64,000 nucleotides of DNA, taken from positions 1 to 64,000 of the forward strand of contig JBBQUR010000010.1 in assembly GCA_038212275.1 (NCBI GenBank). The letters are read 5' to 3'. The translations under genes and the position numbers were made by a program. Below, piece by piece: positions 56,757 through 64,000 of the stretch. The notes beneath the pieces were generated by a model. The model made no database searches. It was not told the DNA's origin and saw only the letters and a program-made list of their open reading frames with translations. Positions within the stretch are counted from its first letter, which is position 1. Each line of letters begins with the position of its first letter. The DNA comes from Planctomycetota bacterium. GTDB taxonomy: Bacteria > Planctomycetota > B15-G4.

Positions 56757-58313
56757 GTGCTGAACGACGAGTCGCGCGGCGCATCGCGCGGCTTGAAGCG
56801 CGCGGTCGTCGCGTTCTTCCTGCTGCTGCTCGGCCTGCGCACCCTGGCCGCCGCCCGCCTGCAGCTCTTCGGGGACGAGGCCTTCTACTGGATGTGCGCA
56901 CAGCATCCCGCGCCGGCCTACGCCGACCACCCCTTCGTGACGGCGATGTCGGTTCGCCTCGGCACGATGCTCCTCGGGGACACGCCGCTGGGCGTCCGCG
57001 TGCTGTTTCTCGCTTACGGAGCCTTGCTTCCGTGGGCAGTGTTCGCGCTTGCGCGTCCGATCGTCGGCTCGCGGGATGCCTGGCTCGCAGCGGGCGCCAG
57101 TCTCGTGCTGCCGATTCTGGCCTCGGCGGGCGCCGTGGCCGTTCCCGACGCGCCACTAATGCTGTTCGCGGTGACGACCGCGCTGCTCCTCGAGCGCGCG
57201 ACGCGCACGGGGATGCTGCGCTACTGGCTGGCGGCCGGGTGTTGCGCGGGACTCGGCCTCAGCACGCACTATCGCTTCCTGCTCATCGTCGGCGGCGCGG
57301 GCGCCTACCTGACGCTCACGCAGGTCGGCAGGCGTTCGTTGCGTACGCCGGGTCCATGGCTTGCAGGCCTGCTCACCGTGGCGGGTCTCGTTCCGCTGCT
57401 GCTGTTCAATCTCGCGCTCGACTGGCAGCCCTTTCTCTACCAGGCCGGCGGTCGTCACGGTGAAGCCAACGGCCTGTCGACCTGGCTGTATCACCTGGCG
57501 GAGCAGGCGCTGGTGTCGACGCCGCTGCTGTACGTGGCGCTGATCGTTGCACTGTGGCAGGCCGTCGCTGCCGGCCGCGCCGGAGATCATCGCCGCGCGC
57601 TGCTTGCGTCGTTTGCGCTCGTCCCGCTGGGCACGTACTGGGTCCTCGCTCCCTTCACGGACAGCGGGCACGACCACATTCACTGGCCCGCCGTCGGATA
57701 TCTGCCGCTGCTGCCGTTGCTGCCCGGCGTGCTGCTCGGGTGGGCCGCACGCGGCAGGGCGTGGCGGATCGCAGCGTGGGCGGCCCCGGCGCTGGGCGTG
57801 GCCGTGACGCTGGTGGCCTTCATCGACCTGGGCACCGGCGTGGCCGGGCTGCGCTTTCTGCACGGCCCCTTCGACGGATGGACCGAACTGAACGTCGCAA
57901 CCCGAAGCAAGCTGCTGGTGGGACATGGTGCCGGGGCGACGGTCCAGACACCGGCGCTGCTGCTTGCCGACAACTACATTGCGGCGTCGGAGCTGCAGTT
58001 TCTGCTCGGCTCGGAGGCGGAGGTCTACGTGGCCGCCCATCCCAAGAACGATCAGCACGGCCGGGCGCTGCAATTCCGGATCTGGGAGCGCGACGAGGGC
58101 GCCTTCCGCGCACGCGGGGGCGAGCCTGCGCTGCTCGTGGAAGAGGTGAGCGAGAAGCCGCGGCCTCTGCTGGGCGTCGCATGGGAGGAGCACCTTACGA
58201 GCCTGTTCGAAGATGCCGAGCCGCTGGGCGGCCTGGATTGCAAGCAGGGCAAGCGGCGCTTCCGATTCATGGCCGGACACGTGTTTGCATCGCCACCGGA
58301 GGCGCCGCGCTGA
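56757..58313 (+). CDS. GT-C fold glycosyltransferase (GT39/ArnT-like)
   Basis: DEAFYW, YADHP, PDAPL, many transmembrane segments, HIHW. Confidence 0.85.
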   Translation: MLNDESRGASRGLKRAVVAFFLLLLGLRTLAAARLQLFGDEAFYWMCAQHPAPAYADHPFVTAMSVRLGTMLLGDTPLGVRVLFLAYGALLPWAVFALARPIVGSRDAWLAAGASLVLPILASAGAVAVPDAPLMLFAVTTALLLERATRTGMLRYWLAAGCCAGLGLSTHYRFLLIVGGAGAYLTLTQVGRRSLRTPGPWLAGLLTVAGLVPLLLFNLALDWQPFLYQAGGRHGEANGLSTWLYHLAEQALVSTPLLYVALIVALWQAVAAGRAGDHRRALLASFALVPLGTYWVLAPFTDSGHDHIHWPAVGYLPLLPLLPGVLLGWAARGRAWRIAAWAAPALGVAVTLVAFIDLGTGVAGLRFLHGPFDGWTELNVATRSKLLVGHGAGATVQTPALLLADNYIAASELQFLLGSEAEVYVAAHPKNDQHGRALQFRIWERDEGAFRARGGEPALLVEEVSEKPRPLLGVAWEEHLTSLFEDAEPLGGLDCKQGKRRFRFMAGHVFASPPEAPR

Positions 58314-58355
58314 CCAGGGTGCGCTCGTGGCGCGTCCTCCGCGCGGGATGGCGCG

Positions 58356-58395
58356 AAAAGGTCGAGCCCAAAAGGTCGAGCCCAAAAGGTCGAGC
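58356..58395. repeat. Intergenic 14-bp perfect tandem repeat AAAAGGTCGAGCCC, two full copies plus one partial
   Basis: Copies start at 58356, 58370 and 58384. Confidence 0.9.
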
Positions 58396-58509
58396 AGGTG
58401 TCACGTCGGCGCTCCGATCGACGGGCGGAGCCGGGTAGAGTGGGCCGCCGTTGCATGTCCGGATGCTGCGTGCGGGAGTCCGTACGCGAACTGCCAGCGG
58501 AGGGTGCGA

Positions 58510-59352
58510 GTGCGATTCGTGAAAGTGGAGGGCGCCGGCAACGATTTCGTCTTGCTCGACCTCTTCGAGCAGGCAGTTCGGGATCCCGCCGCGCTTTCGC
58601 GTGCGATGAGTGATCGCCACCGGGGCATCGGAAGCGACGGAATCCTGCTGGTCGGGCCACCGCAGGCTGGCGGCATCGCGCGCATGCGCACCTTCAATGC
58701 GGACGGCAGCGAAGGCCTCATGTGCGGCAACGGCCTGCGGTGCGTCGTGCGCTACCTCGTCGAATCGGGGCATGCCGGGGCGCAGGATCTCGTGCGCGTC
58801 GAGACGGCGTCGGGCCTGCGCGGGGGCCGCATGCTGGGAACCGGGCGCGTCGAAGTCGACATGGGCGTGCCCGACTTCCGGCCGGCATCGGTGCCGGTTC
58901 GCGGCGAGGGCGATGGCGCCGTGCCGGTGGAGATCGAGCTGCCCGCCGGCCTCGATGCGGACCCGGATGCGGGCTTCTGCGTGTCCATCGGCAATCCCCA
59001 TGTGGTGGTGTCGGTGCGCGATCCCGCCGCTGTGGTGCTTGCTGTGCACGGCCGCGCGCTCGAGTGCTCACCGCTGTTCCCGGAAGGCGCCAACGCGCAC
59101 TTTGTGCGGCTTGTCGGCCACGACCGGATCGAGTCCAGAACCTGGGAGCGGGGCGCCGGCGAGACCCTGGCCTGCGGCACCGGAGCCGTGGCGGTGGTGG
59201 CGGTGGCGCGGCGACTCGGCTGGGTGACGGCCCCGCGCGTCACCGTGGCGACCCCCGGAGGCGACCTGCACGTGCGCTGGGATGGAAGCTGCACGGCCTG
59301 GCTGGAGGGCCCGGCGAGGATCGCATTCCATGGCGAATGGGACGGCTCATGA
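58510..59352 (+). CDS. dapF: Diaminopimelate epimerase
   Basis: GAGNDF, GIGSDG, NADGS..MCGNG, GNPH, ERGAGETLACGTG. Confidence 0.95.
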   Translation: MRFVKVEGAGNDFVLLDLFEQAVRDPAALSRAMSDRHRGIGSDGILLVGPPQAGGIARMRTFNADGSEGLMCGNGLRCVVRYLVESGHAGAQDLVRVETASGLRGGRMLGTGRVEVDMGVPDFRPASVPVRGEGDGAVPVEIELPAGLDADPDAGFCVSIGNPHVVVSVRDPAAVVLAVHGRALECSPLFPEGANAHFVRLVGHDRIESRTWERGAGETLACGTGAVAVVAVARRLGWVTAPRVTVATPGGDLHVRWDGSCTAWLEGPARIAFHGEWDGS

Positions 59353-62135
59353 GAGCGGTGGTCGCTTCCGCGCTCGGCTCCCTGCTTGCGGGACTCCTGC
59401 TCTTCGGAACGGCGACGGACCTCGGAGTGAGTTTCGCGCCGGTGGCGACGGCCATCCTTCTGCTCGCCTGCGGTGCCGGCGCCGCGATGCGCGGCGGTTC
59501 CTGCGCATCGAGCCGGCGCCGGGATGCGGTGGTGCTCACGCTGATCGTGTTGCTGCGCGGCCCGCTCAGTGACGCGTTGCTCGCGGTGATTCCCGGCGGA
59601 GCTCGTTCGACCTGGATCATCGTCGCCCTCGTGACGCTGGCGCCCGCAGGGCTGCTGCTCGGACGCTTGCTCCGCGGCGCGCTGCAGGGCGCATTCGCCG
59701 CGCTGCTCGCCGGCGTGTGTGTCGGCGCGCTGGCCATCGGATTCGGCGTGCAGGGGCTGCTGCCTGCATGGCTGACCGTGCCGCTGGCAGTGTTGCTCAT
59801 CTGGTGGCTTTCGCGCCGGCCCGAAGCCTGCGATCACGCGGAGCACAGTCCGCCCGACCCACACACGACGCCATTGCCGGCATCCGGCTCCATCGGGCTG
59901 CTGCTCGGTGCGTCGCTGGCGCTCGTCGCTCTGTGCTTCCGACGCGTCGTGCCCGCTTATGCCTCGCCGACGGAGCATCCGGACATGGATGTCCTGCTCA
60001 TGCTGCTGCTCCCGGCGGCGCTGGTGGCCTGGCCTGCAGGAGTTCTTGCGCGTGGGCGAGCAACGCGCTGGCTCGGCGCGCTGGGAGGTCTGTCACTCTG
60101 TGGTGCGGCCTGGATCACCACTGACAGCCTCGGGCTGTATCAGAACTCCGTCGCGCTGGTCGGGCTCAAGCGCATGTTTCACGATCGCGCGCTTCACGCC
60201 GGCGGGTTGATCGCGGACTGGCATGTCTGGCTGCTGTCATTTTCCGGCGCCGTGGCCGCGGCGCTGGGTATTGCCGCCGGCGCGGTGCGTGGAACGCGTG
60301 CTGCCGCGGGCGCATTGCTCGGCGTTGGCCTGGCCCATCTGGCCGAGTTCCTGCTCATCGCGCCGCAGAGTCCGCTGGCCACCGGCACGGCCGGCGCACC
60401 GCTGCGGCTGCTCGTGGCGGCCTCGTCGTGCGGCGCGCTTCTCTTGCCGCTCTTTCTCTTCGGTCGCAAGGGCTGGTTGGCGTTGCCGGTTGCGGTGATT
60501 CCGTTTCTCGCCTGGGAGCCCGAGTCGGGAGCGCCGTGGTTCTCCACGACGATGTGGCGCCAGGTGGCGGGATTCGATGAGGTGCGTCGACCGGGCGAAT
60601 ACAGCGCCGAGTGCTTCGAGCGCGACCTCGCCGCGGATGTGACGGTCTTCTCGACACCAGGCGTGGACAGTCGCGCGCTTGAAGGGCGCGATGCCTACAC
60701 CCAGACGTTGAGTGCGCGCACGCCGCTCTTCAGTCTGGGGCCGAATGGAGAGATGCAGACGGCCATCGGGTACGAGGGCGCTCATCCCGTCTTCGGCGTC
60801 CCAGGGCAAGCCGCTGAGACCACCGATGAGACCATCGGGGAGACCGCCGGGGAGACCACCCAGAAGCCATCGACGCCTGAAGTCCAGATCGAGCGTTTCT
60901 ACGGCCTGCGCGTTGCGGGGCGCTCCTTGCACCGTCAGCACTCTCCCATCGGTGCAGAGGGAAGCGTCGGGCGACTGACACGCCTGATGGCCGTGCCGGG
61001 GAGCGTGCTTGCCTGCGGAATCGGTGCCGAGCTGCTGGCCGCCGATCTTCACGACTCCGGTCAGGCGAGCTCAGCGGTGGTCGCAAGTCCGGTGCCACTC
61101 GGGAACATCGGAACCCGGGTGTTGCTTGATCATCTGGGGAGCAACGGCTGGCAGGCAGCGCAGATCGAGGACCCGCAGGTCAGCCTGCGCACCACGCAGT
61201 CGGGCATCATCGACACAGTGGTGGTGGCACCCTCGGAAGCCTCGCTTCCCGGTGTCGCCGAGTTGTGCACCCTGGAGTCCATCGAACGCATGCGACGGCT
61301 GCTGGCTCCCGGTGGTCGCTGTCTGCTGTGGCTGGACACTTCGGAGCTGGGTGAGCGGGAACTTCGCGCGCGCATGGCGTCCTTCGGGGCGGTCTTCGGT
61401 GAGCGCAGCGCGGCCTTTGTCGAGCCGCGTGAACTGGACCCGCCCTTCGTGCTGTTGCTCGGCTGGGTCGATGACGCGGGCCGGCCGTCACGACGCGACC
61501 TTGAAGGACGCCTGCCGTCTCCGGACGCCTCGGGCTTCCGGGCGCGCATCCGGCGCCCGGAGGATCTTGCGGCCTTGCTTCTGCGTGACGGGACGGGGAT
61601 GTCGGTGCTGGCCGACTCCGGGCCGCTGCATGCCCGCGCCCGGCCGATCTGCAGCGTGGCGGGCGCGGAGGCCGGCTGGGCGGCGGTCATGGCAGTCCTC
61701 GGCGAAGCACCGCAGCTTGCATCGGTGGTGGAAGGAGCAGGGCCCGCTCGGAGCGGAGCGCGCGAGGTCTTCGCGGGGCTCGCCAAGCACGGTCGGTATT
61801 CCTACCGCCTGCTCGGCCTCAACGACACGCTCCTCGAGATCAAGCCCGATGTCGACTGGCCTCTGTTCGATGCAGAGGTCGCTTGCTACGTGCGCGCTTC
61901 GGAACAGGATCCGGATGATCCACTCCTGCAACTCGCACTGGCCGCCTTGCTCGAGCCGCTTGCGCTCGTAGGCGATCTCACTCGCTTCGCGACGGCCTAC
62001 GAGGCCTGTCACGCCGAACGGATGCGGAGCTGGCGCCTGGCGCTGCAGGAGGCCTGGGTGCGAAAAGAAGGCCTTCAACTGGAAGAGAGCGAAGCGGCCA
62101 TCGCGCGGGCTCGCAACTGGGCTGCCGGCGGCTGA
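59349..62135 (+). CDS. Polytopic membrane protein fused to a degenerate spermidine-synthase-like methyltransferase domain
   Basis: Many N-terminal transmembrane helices; VLACGIGA, LCTLE..ERMRRLLAPGG...W; helical C-terminus; ATGA overlap with dapF. Confidence 0.6.
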   Translation: MRAVVASALGSLLAGLLLFGTATDLGVSFAPVATAILLLACGAGAAMRGGSCASSRRRDAVVLTLIVLLRGPLSDALLAVIPGGARSTWIIVALVTLAPAGLLLGRLLRGALQGAFAALLAGVCVGALAIGFGVQGLLPAWLTVPLAVLLIWWLSRRPEACDHAEHSPPDPHTTPLPASGSIGLLLGASLALVALCFRRVVPAYASPTEHPDMDVLLMLLLPAALVAWPAGVLARGRATRWLGALGGLSLCGAAWITTDSLGLYQNSVALVGLKRMFHDRALHAGGLIADWHVWLLSFSGAVAAALGIAAGAVRGTRAAAGALLGVGLAHLAEFLLIAPQSPLATGTAGAPLRLLVAASSCGALLLPLFLFGRKGWLALPVAVIPFLAWEPESGAPWFSTTMWRQVAGFDEVRRPGEYSAECFERDLAADVTVFSTPGVDSRALEGRDAYTQTLSARTPLFSLGPNGEMQTAIGYEGAHPVFGVPGQAAETTDETIGETAGETTQKPSTPEVQIERFYGLRVAGRSLHRQHSPIGAEGSVGRLTRLMAVPGSVLACGIGAELLAADLHDSGQASSAVVASPVPLGNIGTRVLLDHLGSNGWQAAQIEDPQVSLRTTQSGIIDTVVVAPSEASLPGVAELCTLESIERMRRLLAPGGRCLLWLDTSELGERELRARMASFGAVFGERSAAFVEPRELDPPFVLLLGWVDDAGRPSRRDLEGRLPSPDASGFRARIRRPEDLAALLLRDGTGMSVLADSGPLHARARPICSVAGAEAGWAAVMAVLGEAPQLASVVEGAGPARSGAREVFAGLAKHGRYSYRLLGLNDTLLEIKPDVDWPLFDAEVACYVRASEQDPDDPLLQLALAALLEPLALVGDLTRFATAYEACHAERMRSWRLALQEAWVRKEGLQLEESEAAIARARNWAAGG
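60816..60863. repeat. In-frame 12-bp tandem repeat, four copies (ETTD ETIG ETAG ETTQ)
   Basis: gagaccNNNNNN units at 60816, 60828, 60840 and 60852. Confidence 0.75.
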
Positions 62136-62159
62136 TGGGCCACCGGCAAAGGCACGGCC

Positions 62160-62876
62160 TCAGGCCGTGAGTTCGAGCGTCGCCTCGGCCAGCTGACGCA
62201 CCGGGCCGCCAGGTGCCCGCGCGACCAGGCGCACTCGATAGTTGCCACGACCGATCGGCGCGAAGCTGAGCTCGCCGCCGTCAAAGGGGCGCTTTTCACG
62301 GGCCGACCCGTCCACGTCCAGGAGAATGGAGGCGAGTTCGCCCGAGGCCAGCACAGGCATGTTCTCGCAGCGCACGACAAGCCGGGCCGTGCCATTGGTC
62401 TGCACCTGCAACTCCAGTTCATCGATGCCGTGGCCCGGGCCCCGGATGGCAACCCACTCCGGAGCGAGAGTTTCCGTTCCGCGCACCCCGATCGGCGCGG
62501 GGGTGAGCGAGCCATCAAGGAGCGTGCGGAAGGTGAGCTCCGCGTGGTTCATCAGCTCGATGCCACGCTTCACCAGTCGTCCGACGATGCGCACTGCTGC
62601 GGGCGGCGATGAGGCTTGCACAGCCTCCGCGAAGGCGGGGGAGGGAGCGCTGGCAAGACGGAGATCCGTCGAGTTCAGGTTGACCACCATGCGCAACAGG
62701 TCGTGGCAATCGGCGCAGGCCAGAGAGTGCAGCTCGAGTGCCTCGCGTTCCGGGGCGGGGAGGAGCGCGCCCAGGTACTCCGCGAAGGCCTCATCGGACG
62801 GACAGTTCTTTCCGGGTGCCTTGGAATTCAGCGGCTGGCCGGCAGTCGCGAAGAGACGATCGATGGGGTTGCTCAT
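62160..62876 (-). CDS. Zinc-finger (zf-HC2/ZAS) anti-sigma factor, apparently soluble
   Basis: CP...EYL..LL...HSLACADC (HxxxCxxC); beta-rich C-terminus; no clear transmembrane helix. Confidence 0.75.
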   Translation of the reverse strand: MSNPIDRLFATAGQPLNSKAPGKNCPSDEAFAEYLGALLPAPEREALELHSLACADCHDLLRMVVNLNSTDLRLASAPSPAFAEAVQASSPPAAVRIVGRLVKRGIELMNHAELTFRTLLDGSLTPAPIGVRGTETLAPEWVAIRGPGHGIDELELQVQTNGTARLVVRCENMPVLASGELASILLDVDGSAREKRPFDGGELSFAPIGRGNYRVRLVARAPGGPVRQLAEATLELTA

Positions 62877-62979
62877 GGAAATCCTTTGTGCCTGGCCGCC
62901 TGGGTGGAGAAGCGGGCCGGTCGGACGCGACCGCACGTGGTGGATCTGACAGGCAGCGCGGGGCGCCGGGCCGAGAAGC

Positions 62980-63855
62980 TCACTGCACGACCCCAGCGCC
63001 CACGCGCTCGGCCAGCTCGTGGATGACGGAGAGGCATTCCGCTTCCACGGAGGCCGGATTCTTGAGCGCCGCCAGCTTGGCGAGCTCAGGCCTGGTCGCG
63101 CAGAAACGCGGGTAATCGATCAGGACCAGGCCAAGCAGGGCCCTTCGCTTGGACCCGGGCTGCAGCAGCCCCTCGAGAAGCTGACCGGTGGGGACACCCA
63201 GCAACGGACGAAGGGCCTGCTGGACGGCGGGGGTCAGGACCTCGGGGTCGGGGCGGCGGGGGCTCGCGCAGTCTCCGTCGCCGAGGCGGGCGGTCATCTG
63301 GTCCTTGGCGCGCTTGTAGAGGGCGTCGATATTGGCGCGCGAGGTCGCCATCACCACGCCGATGCGCTCCCGGTCCACCTCCTTGAAGACCCAGAGCACG
63401 GCCGAAATGCGCTTCCAATCCAGTGAAAACAGCAGGTTGTAGAACGTGTCCAGCTGCTCCCGCTCGAGACTCCGCTCGTCCGGGTTGTTCTGCTTCGGGT
63501 CCTCGAACTCCCAGGTGGGCTCATCGTCTTCGCGGCCCCCCTGCCCGATTCCGCGAGGATGGCGGCGGAATTTGCGACGCTCGTCCAGCGTGAAGCGCGT
63601 GACGACGATCTGCAGGAAACTGGCCAATGAGGCCGAGTTGCGCCCCTCGAAGGCGCGCAGCTTGTAGTAATCCTTCGCGGACAGGTTGATGACGAAGCCC
63701 TGGTAGAGGTCGTCCAGGTAGTCGCGGGGGAAGCCCATCCCGGGAGCGTTGAAGATCGAATAGAAGAGCGAGCGATAGCGGTCGAGGAACTGCTCGAAGG
63801 CCCCCTTCTCGCCGGCAAAAATTCGGTCGAGCAGTTCTTTCTCGTCGGCCTTCAT
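62980..63855 (-). CDS. ECF-type sigma factor with a C-terminal extension
   Basis: Region 2 DDLYQ...LRAFEGRN.ASLASFL; region 4 IGVVM..SRANIDALYKRAK; about 95 extra residues. Confidence 0.78.
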   Translation of the reverse strand: MKADEKELLDRIFAGEKGAFEQFLDRYRSLFYSIFNAPGMGFPRDYLDDLYQGFVINLSAKDYYKLRAFEGRNSASLASFLQIVVTRFTLDERRKFRRHPRGIGQGGREDDEPTWEFEDPKQNNPDERSLEREQLDTFYNLLFSLDWKRISAVLWVFKEVDRERIGVVMATSRANIDALYKRAKDQMTARLGDGDCASPRRPDPEVLTPAVQQALRPLLGVPTGQLLEGLLQPGSKRRALLGLVLIDYPRFCATRPELAKLAALKNPASVEAECLSVIHELAERVGAGVVQ

Positions 63856-64000
63856 TCGGGGGCGGTCCGTCTCGGGGAATGGGAGGGCATCTCACCTCGG
63901 CGGAAGCCCCGCATCGGCGCAGGGTCGCAGGCGCTGGTCGAGCCCCTGCGGCAGAGTCGGTAGTCCGACCTTAAACTGCTCCGTGGCAACATCTTACAGG

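Overview
A 64 kb stretch of core chromosome from a very GC-rich diderm bacterium. A Planctomycetota-like lineage is inferred from gene content and protein architectures but is not proven. The window spans the probable replication origin: dnaA-dnaN-dciA(DUF721)-gyrB, with parB and one perfect parS site about 10 kb upstream. It carries housekeeping genes (purF, pyrB-pyrI, pyrF, hemW, trpG/pabA-like, tatB-like, scpA, trxA, fmt, rsmB, leuA-like, dapF), a bacillithiol cluster (bshC-bshB1-bshA plus a cysteine desulfurase), an LPS/Kdo locus (kdsD-kdsC-giant LptC/LptA-like repeat protein-lptD), three glycosyltransferases, one short sigma-70 and two ECF sigma/anti-sigma modules. I found no tRNA, rRNA, CRISPR array or mobile element. 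The most unusual observations are: (1) a 954-aa membrane-anchored protein with four tandem LptC/LptA-like repeats in the lptC-lptA slot; (2) an HPr-fusion gene and parS upstream of parB where parA normally sits, inside a zone of AT-rich patches; (3) a YbjN-type chaperone coupled to a Clp ATPase whose first AAA module looks catalytically dead; (4) a signal peptidase I coupled to an ECF/anti-sigma operon; (5) an ECF sigma with an apparent second region 4. All functional calls come from reading motifs by eye; no searches were run. Several start codons were moved from the ORF track to better-supported downstream starts.
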